NCBI RefSeq assembly: GCF_009834535.1
Contig: NC_045697.1
Location: 58,902,001-58,966,000, forward strand
DNA: 64,000 nt
Reading direction: 5' to 3'
Source: Camelus ferus
Taxonomy: Eukaryota
Position 1 is the stretch's first letter; the number at the start of each line of letters is the position of its first letter. The notes below the pieces were generated by a model that saw only the letters and a program-made list of their open reading frames with translations, made no database searches and was not told the origin of the DNA. Both the position numbers and the translations under genes were made by a program. Of this stretch, positions 53,140 to 64,000 are shown piece after piece.

Positions 53140-54150
53140 AAGGTAATTAATTATTTCAGCAAATATTAACTAAGTTCCAGGTGCTACCCTGATGCTGAGC
53201 TTTTACCGATGGAGCTTAGCCTATGTATCAATGAGACAAAAATGCAACCAAATTAGTAAATAAATCACTTCACTTCTGAAAATACTTAGTACTAGGAAGG
53301 AAATGAAATAGGTTAATGTGAAAGAGAGTGACAGAGTGACTCAGAAACATACAGACAGTTTTATGTTTCCGTATGCATTTTAGCATGCAATTCCTAAGCA
53401 GGGTATTGGAATATTCATCTCTCCTTTCCACTCTGTCATACTCATATTCATCACCTCACTGAGGGCACATCTGCTGTATCACTCCATCAAAACATGCTGA
53501 AAGACTGTAATCTGAGTAACACAACGCTGAGGACTAAGGAATTCCAAGAAGTACAAAAGGTGTAATCAGCCCGGGTGGAGTTTTCCGGGACCTAGGGAAA
53601 ACAAGGTACGGAAGCCTGAGGAGTCAACACGGAAAGCTGTTAATGGTGTTAACCATTAGTCTGGGTTATTTCCAAGTTTGGAAGCATTCCAAAAGAATTC
53701 AGAGAGAAGTGTCACTGGTGTCCAGTGGAGGAGAATAGGATTTGATCTTAATTCTGACGTGACAGCAAGTACTGGAAATGGAGGGAGAAGGACCAAGAAA
53801 TTCTAAGCTGGAAAAAGAACAGGAACTGAGTATGGAGGAAATCTGTCTGAGGTGAGCCTACATAGAAGGGGGCGCTTGTACTGAAAGGGAGGTTTTCTTG
53901 AGGAGAACCTTGTTCATCAAGTTTTATCTAGATACATCAGGTCATTCAGTTATCTCTGAGGAGAATGATACAGTAAAAGTGTATTCTACAAAGACGATTC
54001 AGAGACCAATATGCAGTTTGAAAGGGAAGAAGAGAGGAAATTTAAACAATTAGAAGGTGACAGCTTTAATGTAAACAGAAATAGCAGTGGCAATAAGAAA
54101 GCACCTATCTAAGACTGTTACAGATCCCACAGACAAGACTTCGTGACTGA
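53140..54150 (-). mobile_element. Probable degraded L2 (tail plus body fragments)
   Basis: ttcagcaaatattaactaag...ggagcttagcct...aaggaaatgaaatagg tail followed by purine-rich L2-like body; family uncertain beyond about 53350. Confidence 0.4.
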
Positions 54151-56719
54151 CGAGGAGGCTAAAAGTATGAAAAAAGGGAGCTGTCAAGGTTATTATCACT
54201 GCCAGGAAAACAATGCAAAGTATCTGCCTTACTGCCAGTAATATTATGATACATTAAAGACTCCTGTTGAATAAACTTCGCAATCACAAAACAAAAAACA
54301 AAACCACAATATTTTGGGGGGATGTCTTCACATTTTTAACACAAATCCTAAAGATTTTTTGAAGTATTCATTATATGTTGCGTATGTTTTATGGTCATTA
54401 TGCCCTTCACTTCAAACGTGATTTTTCTACGTTCACATGTAACAGCATTTTGTGTATTCATCTCCCATTTCCCTGCTTTTAGATGTCTACCAGCATTATT
54501 TAGGCAGTATTACTTGTGATCTTTAGATATGTGTGTATTAACAAGAAACGAAGTTGCCAAGTGCTAGAGATCTATCAAGTTCAATGTTCCTGGAAATTTT
54601 AGGCAATTCCAAATTTTCTCTATTACCTTTATGCCGACCAATCAAAAGCATTATTCAAACACTCTTACATATGAACAATGGCTTTGTACCCACCCTGCAT
54701 TTCCTATGAGGTGTTCATTTTCTCATCTATAAACCTTACAAATAGAGTTTCCAAAAACTGCCCTCAGCAGTTACAGGGAGCCTGCTCTACTGCTGTACCT
54801 TAACTTTGGGTACCTCCACACTGTTTTACACCGCTGGGCCTTTTAACATATTCTCTCTGCCTGGAAAGAACAGCTGCCAGTGCTATAAACTCCTAGGTCT
54901 TGCTTCTTTCCTTTGTGAACTTTGGCAAATTTCATTGCTGTCCTAAATTTCAGCAATGCCCCTTGCATATACATCTCTTAAGAAACTTTCTACATTTTCC
55001 TGTAACTTTCTATTTAAAAGTTGATCTTCCCAAATCAACTATGACATAATTGAACTCTGAGCTCCTTAAGAGTAGAAACTGTCCAGCCAGTACTAAGTAC
55101 TAAGACAGAAAACAGAGTGACACTCAGTGACTGTTCATGGATGGATCAAGGAATAGGCACATAAGAATCAGGATTATCCACATAATAAGTGGTCTATTAA
55201 TCATGGTCTTTTTAGGGTGAAGTGCTAATCAAATTACATATCAATAAATGTTTATTCCACAAATAAAATCAAAATGTGGAAATACTTTAAAATTAAGAAA
55301 GAAGTAAAGAAATGAATTAGAGTTGTCATCTTTAATTTTTCCAAAAAACAAAAAGTAAATTTTAAACAAACGATAAATAGATGCCAAAGACAATGTACTA
55401 ATTAGTATTGAAAAAAAGTATTATTATACAACAACTGCTCACATTTGGAATCAAACTTTATTCAGTACCCATCATCCGTTACTCTTAATTACAATGCAAA
55501 GGAAATGAATTCTTTTTGTCCTTTCATACTTATGAAGTTGTTTAGGGTATATCAAGTCTGCAAGTATTTACATACTAATTAAATGTTTAGAGTAAATTCC
55601 AAATTTGTAAAAAGTGTCTATTATGCAAGGTTCATATTTATGTATATGCATTATACAGTAGGAACTACTTTTAACTTTTTAATACATATTTTTAAATATG
55701 CTAGATTATATACAACTGAGACGTTCCTTTTTTGGTTTTCTATTTTAAGAAAATAGGATAAAAATCACTGAGTAGAGAGAGAAGTAAAGCAAGGTGATGA
55801 GTAGGGACAAGAAAACACACTAGAACTAGAAAGGATACAAATGTTCATAAAATTAGATGCATTCTCTAAATTTGTCTCAATCTGATAGATCATATTCTAC
55901 TATACGTCTCCTAAAAATAATTACACTCTCTTCCTTAACTGACTTACCACCACAGCCAATAATTAAAACAGTATGTATATTCATCAATATATGTGAAAAA
56001 ATCTCAAAATATAGTTTTATATATTTATTATCAAAAGAGTAGATGCACAAGAATGAATCCCCACACTACACATACACAAACACCACTCAATCTCCTTGTC
56101 CTTACGAAAACAGAGGCACTAGCAGAAAAGAATGGATACTATGAAGCCGGAATTGCTCCATATCCTTTTGTGAGCTGACACGAAGTGCATTTTTTTTTAT
56201 GTGAGCATGCCACAAATGTAAATAAGAATCTTTTCAAATAATTCTTGAGCTTTTCTCCCCTCTAATTTTGCCTAAGATTGAATTTTGATCTAGCAAAGAT
56301 ATTTCTTATATTTTGTATAAACAATATTTTATAACCTCCTCAGAAATAAATGGCCTAGGAATAGACTCAACATTTTACAATATACCAACTACTATCACAT
56401 ATGCATAAGACTATAGTTTAGACATAAGAAAAACCTGCAAAGGGAAATCTGTAATATATAGGCAATAAATGGTTATGTAAACATGGAAATAAATACTAAA
56501 TAGTCCAGTGTTCCAAAGGATTTTAATTTGTATTCTGAAATATTCCTAGAGATATTTGACATAGTCTAATATTAAAATGATTACCTTGAGATCTTTAACA
56601 TTTTATAACAGTAACTATAGTAAAAGTGTTACTAATAAAGGTCCAGTAGGAATACTAACTCTAAGAGAGAAACTGACACAATTAAGATTTTCCCATTGAT
56701 GACTTTAACTCAGACCTCC

Positions 56720-56960
56720 TAAAATAATCAAATAACCATGTCTAACCTGAAAGTTTTCAACAGAGAAGTGATGAGATTTGGTTTATCTTTGGGGATGATT
56801 TCACTGGCCATTTTCTGGAAAATGGACTGTCAGGGAATAAAAAAGTAGAAGACCAGACAGGAGACTGATGACATTTGTCTAGGTTAGGGATAAATCATTT
56901 GGATTATGCATTGATCAAAGGAGATAGTGAAAAGTAATCATATCAATACATATTTTAGAA
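56720..56960 (-). mobile_element. L2 fragment
   Basis: aagtgatgagatttggtttatctttggggatgatttcactggcc...ggaaaatggactg...agaccagacaggagactg. Confidence 0.6.
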
Positions 56961-58461
56961 TAAGACAATATTATATAGACAACAGATTATAAACAAAATA
57001 ACTAGAGTCTCTACATAGAAACCTAAACCGATCTTTCTATTTTCACAATGAAAACGGGTACATATGCACTCACCAATAAATGCACTGACATGGGAAAATT
57101 AAGATATTTAGGATGAATCCACAAATGTCTGGTAGGAGTTGAAATTTAAGAAGAGGATTAGAAAGGGCCCTCTACTTTTTGCTCTGTACACTTGCTATTA
57201 TTTTTTCCTTTTATTTTTATTAGTATTTTACTATTTATCTTTTACTGGTATTCTAATAGTTTATTTTTATTAGTATTTTCATTTTTCTTTTATTTCCTTT
57301 TGAAAGAATAAAAATAAGTCAAATCATAAAAAAATCAAATAAATAGCAAAGTCATTGACTCATCATTAATTTCAGGGGCTACAGCTCCAAAAAAAAAATG
57401 TCGTCCTGTCTCCATAAAGGATATCAAATTTAAATGGTCACATCACACAAAAATTCATCAAAAATATGATAATTGCATATGATCATATATATTACTGATA
57501 AAATTTTTATATATATATAGCAAAGCAAAATTGCTCTGGCACTTAAAAATATGGGTTACTTTGTTTTTACTTCAACAACATTTAAAATATACAGAATTAT
57601 GAATTCTATGTTCTGCAATTTAATGTTTGAAAACTTTCTCACAGGACTTGAATAAAGTCATTTTTAAATTTCAGTGGTCATGTTACCATACAAATCAATT
57701 TTGTTTTATAAATATAAATTACAATTAATTAATATTTTAAAATATTTGCAAAGTCCATTTGAATTAAAAAATGAGAGTGAGAGTAATGACACATACATCT
57801 TTAATTTCTCAAATCTTCATTTTCACAAGTAATGGCAGTTGAAACCAAGCTGTGAGTATGTTTTAAAATCAGCCTTAATCAAAAATTTAAAAAAAAAGGC
57901 ATATCTGAAGTACTTGGGTTAATTTCAAAATTACTCAACGAATAAGAAGCTAAATAGTCACCAAAAACAGCAGTATAAAGTGCTCTTTCTGATTCAAAAT
58001 TATTACATCTTAAATTTGAGAACAGTTTTAAAATAGTCAGTACGATTCAGAATAATCATTAAGCTTTCATTTCCATTAACATTAAAGGGAACTATTCAGT
58101 GTGTGTCCATTACCTATTCTGATCTTACAAACAAAGGATTAAAGTCAAAATATCATTTCATTTTATTATTCTTTAAATGTATGGACTTTCATAGTCAGAT
58201 ATATATTTTGAGTTAAAGATGTATGTGCACATGGCATATACAACACTGCTTTTATCTAAATCATGAGTCACTCAAAACTTACCACTGTGTCAAAGTTGTA
58301 GAAAGATTTCATCAAAAAGGTGTTGGAATTCACCTCAAATAATATCAGTGTCAATTAACACAAGATTTGCTAGCAGTCTCCCCACCATGACTATGGCAGA
58401 CCTCTTTCTCAAGGTATCATTTATCAGTGGTTATAGAAGAGGCTCCTCTATAACCCAGATC

Positions 58462-59250
58462 AATCCATTCATTCCTCAAATGTCTTCCAGTACCAAGTGT
58501 GAGCCAGGTGCTGGTTTAATCCCTTGAAAAATAACAACCAAGACATATCTAATTACTGTCCTTAAGAAGCATACATTCTAGTAAAGGAGACTGAATCAGA
58601 AAACTAAATGGCTTCGGTTAAGTAGATGGCATTTAGGAATATAATGAAATCTGGATCCATCTGAGACATGTTTTGGGGTCCAATGAATAAGACCTGATGA
58701 AGGAGTAGCTTCTGGAGTGAGAAAGACACAGTATCACAAATGATTCAAAAGTTGCTGGCATGACAGAAGTCTTATTTATTGATATGGGGAAGATTGGTGG
58801 GTAGAGCAGTTGTGGATGTCAGAGACAGATCTGTTTTTAAATCTTTTTGAAAATGTTAACTTTGAGAAGCCTATGACACACCCAAGTTGAGATGTCAAGA
58901 GGCAGCTGAACAGATGAGTCTGGAACCAAGTCCATATAGATATAAATTTATGAGTCAGTGATATGGAGTCAGTATTTACAGAATAGGAATGTGGCAGGAC
59001 AAGGAGGACAGAAAACCAAAAGAACTCAGGAAAGAGGGGAAGGAGGCAAATAAACAGTACTGCCTCCAATTGAAAAGGAAGTGCAAGAGACGTGATTTAG
59101 TTCATCACATTAAAAGAAAAAAGTGTCAGAAAAAAGTGAGTCATCAAGTGCTCTGAATACTACGGAGACTTAGGTAAGATGAAACTGGAAATTATCCACT
59201 ATATTTAGCAACACAGAAGTGACAGCATTACTGGGGAGTGAGGTGGCCTG
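58462..59250 (-). mobile_element. L2 3' region
   Basis: atccattcattcctcaaatg...gagccaggtgctg...tttgagaagcctatgacacacccaagttgagatgtcaagaggcagctgaacagatgagtctggaac. Confidence 0.8.
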
Positions 59251-60254
59251 ATAGGTTAACTGGGGAAAAAAAAAAAAAACTCTTCACAATGCTGAAGCTA
59301 GAATTACCAAAAGTCATGCCTTGTAAACATTTCACCATCTAAGACAGTATCTAAACATCTTATACACAATATACACATTCATAAATTAAATTTAACAACT
59401 GTCTATTAAATTTCCACTAAGTGACAAGCAATCTACTGTGAACTGACAATTCAAAGGGGAATAATACATAAGATGTAATATTTATATATAATGAACAATG
59501 AACGTAATAATACAAATATACATAGGAAACACTGAAAATACCAGATATAAACAGTGCATAGTGAAAAAATATGGGTCACTGGAATGCATAAAAATAATCA
59601 TTTAATTTCTCCATTCTATTCATTTTTGCTCTAGAAATGCCATTTCTAAATGTTAAAATAGCCCTTCAATGACTATTTGTTTTGTAGCACACCCTGATCC
59701 TATGTTTTAGGAAATTAGTAACTCCATGCCTAAATGAAGCACCAGAAACAGAAAAAACTGAGCACGAATAAGAAAAGTATTCTAATTAATGAGACACTGG
59801 CAACACTAATTTAGGGTTAGGAGAGAGTCCAATGTACTTGTTACTTATCAGGCTTCTCTAGTCTATTAAAAGTTAAAGCCTGCTTTATAATCTTATTGCA
59901 TAATGGGTACTATATTGATGTGAAATGGACTCAAAATGGATGAGCTTAGAAGAAATATGTCATGGTAGAACAGTCATAACCAGGTTAATATGACATAATA
60001 ATTTGACTTAAAAGAGTCAACTTTTTTATCTGTACAATTACTACAAACAAAAATTTATGACATTTACAGAATCATAAAAGCAGCAGTGCAATTTCAATCA
60101 TATCTTGAAATAAGCCTGTTTCAAGAACTTGGTCTTATACTAATTCTTCAGGGGAAAAGATCAATTGGTTTACACATGTCAGACAAAGCAAGTGATTCTC
60201 CAGAAAGCTAAAGGAAAGCCCAGTAAGTCCAGTTTGTTATTATTAATGATTAAA

Positions 60255-60425
60255 AAATGATAGCAAATATTTAACTTACTCTGTGCTGGAACCCTCTGAA
60301 TACTCAACATATACTGGCTCAATCACTATAACAAAACTATAAAGTACCTATTATTATGCCCATTTTACCTATGAGAAAACTAAAACAGAGACAAATACAT
60401 TAAATTACCTATGGTCACTTAGACA
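60255..60425 (-). mobile_element. MIR SINE fragment
   Basis: tattattatgcccattttacctatgagaaaactaaaacagaga...attacctatggtcac. Confidence 0.75.
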
Positions 60426-60690
60426 GGACATATTATTGCTATAAATTTAATAAGAGCTTAAGTTACTTTTAAAATATTCTATTAGACAAGTTTAATATAT
60501 AGATTTATATAAGCTATTATCAGCTATTATTGACATTCATAATATGGCTTAAAATAGCTTCCTTCCTGAGGGAGATTTAATATTAAAATCTGTCTTTTCA
60601 GATTTTCTTGCTTTCATTTTTTTCCCAATCATTTCTTAAAAGGTGATTTTACAACAGAACTTTGCTATATTCCAGTTCATCTTGTTGATA

Positions 60691-60881
60691 CAGTTAACCT
60701 TCAAACAATGCAGGAGCTAATCCTCTTATAATTTATATTCAGTCCAGGTACCCTCCATTCCCCTGCATCTGTGGTTTCAACTAACCATGGACCGTGTAGT
60801 AATGCAGTATTTACTGTTGAAAAATATCCACATATAAGTGGACCTGAACAGTTCAAACCGGTGTTGTTCAAGCGTCAACAG
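60691..60881. mobile_element. Tigger-derived MITE (Tigger2/MER8-related) with TIRs and TA target duplication
   Basis: ta|cagttaaccttcaaacaa ... ttgttcaagcgtcaacag|ta. Both ends approximate the Tigger TIR cagttgacccttgaacaa; internal atccacatataagtggacc. Confidence 0.85.
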
Positions 60882-63349
60882 TATTTAGTTTGCTCTCTGT
60901 ACTACGCAAAAAAAAAAAATTAGAACAGTTAAATGTCAATGGAACTTGTTAGAGGTAGTAACAAACAGCCCCAGTTATCTGAGACTGAGTACTCTGACAA
61001 AAAATAGTTGTCCTCTATCTCAGTAGGCCATCTTCTGTTGAATGTTCAGTCTCTAAAGAGACAACAACTTCCCCTGACACAGAAAGGGGTGCCTACTGTG
61101 GAATGAGAGCAGCCACCGAGGAAGGGCGACGGAAGACAGCTGTTGCCGCCAGATGGTCATCACATCTACTGGGTTTGTTTTATAGAGGAATTGTTTAAGC
61201 ACCTTAAAGATCCTATTTCATGGCTGGTGCAATTTACCTCAGATTCCTCACAAAGATGGAGAGTTTCAATTAGATACAAAAGATACTTTCAAAAAACAAA
61301 GTATACAGAGATGGTGCCCCCAATCCACCTTTTTCCTTTTTCCTTTCTTTTGGTTACAAGTGATGATAATAATGACTACAATGACAAGTAATTAAAAATT
61401 AAGAGAGAGCCAGTTTATCTTACCCTGGCTGTGGCTCAAATTTTTGAGAAAAAAAACAAGACTTATGGAAAGAGAACGGATATTAGTAGCATTCAATGAC
61501 TATGTGCACATCAAAGACGCAGTCTGAACTACTGCTTTTCATAACCACCCTGGGGCTTTCCTGACTTTCCAGTTCTGACATTGCCACTAAACCTCTGCTC
61601 TCCCTAACATCAAAATATTCTGATGTCAACATTTCAGATGTGTGCTGCATTCACAAGAAAAATTTTAATTCTGCATAGTCAGTTAGTGGTAGATTCAACT
61701 TCTTCACTCCTTATTACCTAAGGGGCATTGAGAAACACCACGTTTACAAGGGATGAGCAAAGAATGAACTTCAATACATATTTTTTTCAAATTTTACTTA
61801 TTTAGTTTTATGGATTGTGGGTTTTAAGTACTAGCAATGTTAAAATGTACATTTCAGTAGGAATAAAATATCTTGGCTAAAAGAATGAGAAATAAATTTC
61901 CATTTGATTTCAATATTGTTAATGCAGGTTGCATGTACAGTCTTACTCTCCCTACAGAGGTTGCACTCGAAATTGAAATGTCATTAATATACTTTTATAA
62001 ATCAGAAGTGCTAGTTCACGTATATTTTATTCTCTATACCAATCCTTTTAGGACATAATTAAATGCAAACAAACAGAAAAGAACTAACTCTAATCAATGT
62101 GTCCTTCTGAATGACATTTCCTTCCTACCTGTGAAGCCATCTCATCAGCTTCACTATTGCACTCATGCTCATAAATTTGACAAGGTTGGCTGATTTGCCT
62201 CCAATCCCATTTACATTTAGAAATATGTGGCCTTATAACTTATTTTTCTATTAATTTATAAAGTGCTTCAGTGATGATGAAAGGTAAAATTCCCTGTTCG
62301 TTTCCAAAGTGATTATCTCTGTACTGCACTGTTGATGCAGAGTTTCTGAGTATCAATGTAAGACAGACTTTGCTGTGTTTTAGAAGACAAAGCATTCAGT
62401 TAGGATACTCCAAAACTGTCCATGGGATCCTCTTTCACTAGGGCCACTAGAGCCAAGATACAGAGAAGATGATTCATCACTTCAACTCTACAAGCCATTA
62501 TTTCTAATTAAAAACTACCCCATAAATACCTATTTTATAGTGACATCTGTGTAGTAAATAAATTCAAGTGATCAGTAAAACACTCACCAAGGAAATTACC
62601 TTAAAAAAATTACTTCATTTCTAAGTGTATCTTCCTAATTAAAATGACTATTTCCCATTCATATTTCTGAATCATAATTCATAACTTGAGAGTCTCTGAA
62701 TATCCAATACTTAGGCAAGCTATTGCCCTAATTTCTCAAATCATACTGCCTACAAAACAGAAACATTTTTCAACCATTTATTGGCCTTTTTAAAATATGT
62801 ACATGAGATTTTATAGAGCAACTTCTTACGTTCAAAGGTAAAAAAGAGTAAGTTGATAAACCTCGAATCATTCCCCTTACTCTAAACAAAGAGCAGAGAG
62901 GGTAAAAATCAATTCAAATGAGTGTAAAATTACCTTGTGTAGTAACTGAGACTATATTAAAAGATACTTGATACATGAACCCATATACTTGTGATGATTC
63001 CAATCCAAAGTGTCTTCTCTCCCCATCTATTTACTTAATATATGCTCGATTTTCCTTCCCCTTTAACTTTTCAGCTTGCATTCAACCCAGTGCTCTCTTT
63101 TCTAGAAGAACAACAGACTGCGATGGAAAGAACGTTAAGGGCGATGATTCTTTAGATACTGATGTGAGTCTTTAATTTGCCATTACTGGAAATACTTCTT
63201 TAGGCAACACAATTTCCTCTGCTAAATCTTACTTTAAATTTTTCAAGTTTCGATTCTCTTTATTTCCTGTGCTCTTGAGCTGACTCTCACCCAACATGGT
63301 ATACATACTTCCTCAACATTTGAATACAAACTATATTTTCAGATCCCAG

Positions 63350-64000
63350 AGTATTTTCAGACCTAACTTTTGTAACCTTTGACACTGTTGATTGTTTTCT
63401 TTGAAATTTTCTTTAATAATAACTCCTACAACATTGTCCTCCCCTTCTGGGTTTCCATCTGAATCTCTAATGTTAACCATTCTCAGCTTCCTTCATGATT
63501 CCTCATCCTCTATTTCATCTTTAAATGGAGCTGTTCATCAAAGTCCCATTTTTAAACATGTTTCTACCCTGCATTCCTTCCTTGGCTATGGCTACTATAA
63601 ACATTGTGTCCAATTCTTTATATTTCGATTTAACTTTGGCCTTGCTTCTAAGTTCCAAAACAGTACATTTCCAACTGCATAATAAACAACACAACAAAGA
63701 TTTCCTGCAATTCTGAAACATCCCACAATCATTACCCTCTATGGGTAATCCAGTGCTTTCACTTCCCGTGACTTCAGTCTATTAAAACATCATCATAGGC
63801 CTTCCAGATTGCCACATTACAAATCCTGCTATAATGGTAGAGACGTCCCTCTTCGACATTCTTCTCCTCATATAGGACTGTGAATTCCTTTAAACCAAGT
63901 CCAAAATACCTCTTAACACTATCCCCTTCATTCCATTACTGTCATTCCACAAGTTCAGAGCCCCGTGAACTCTTATCTGACTCCTAACTTACCTTCCACA
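63350..64000 (+). mobile_element. L2 RT-region to 3' fragment
   Basis: tttgacactgttgatt...ttctcagcttccttcatgattcctcatcctct...ttccaactgcata resembles L2 ORF2. Confidence 0.7.

Larger units (their letters stand above)
1800..64000 (-). other. ADGRL3: Large 5'-UTR intron of ADGRL3 upstream of the start-codon exon; its 5' end lies beyond the window
   Basis: A splice acceptor precedes the ATG exon and no other recognisable coding exon is present. ADGRL3 is known to have very long introns between its untranslated 5' exons. Confidence 0.75.

Noticed and set aside
1..64000. CRISPR arrays, operons, rRNA genes, processed pseudogenes, or intact retroviral/transposase ORFs
   Set aside because: None seen. 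The remaining ORF-track entries are short, compositionally biased or repeat-derived.

Overview
AT-rich mammalian genomic DNA, most likely camelid: it carries a Vic-1-like tRNA-derived SINE and camelid-type L1 3' ends. The only coding sequence I can support is one minus-strand exon (1582-1799) with the start codon and signal-peptide region of ADGRL3/latrophilin-3 (MWPSQLLVCMMLLAPTVH-). Positions 1800-64000 appear to be the long 5'-UTR intron upstream of it, and 1-1581 the next intron. The intron holds typical eutherian repeat fossils (MIR, L2, old L1, MLT1A/MLT1F/LTR16 solo LTRs, MER58/MER82/MER53/Tigger-type DNA transposon relics). It also holds two younger L1 insertions with target-site duplications (one 5'-inverted), microsatellites and several short CpG-retaining non-repeat patches. 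I found no convincing new gene family or multi-gene system. The best leads are an in-frame upstream ATG in ADGRL3, a candidate 15-nt microexon in a CpG-retaining patch near 29.7 kb, and a near-perfect 28-bp palindrome at 47.9 kb beside a G-rich tract and a motif-dense block. Gene and repeat family names come from memory of consensus sequences, not from a search, and old-repeat boundaries are approximate.
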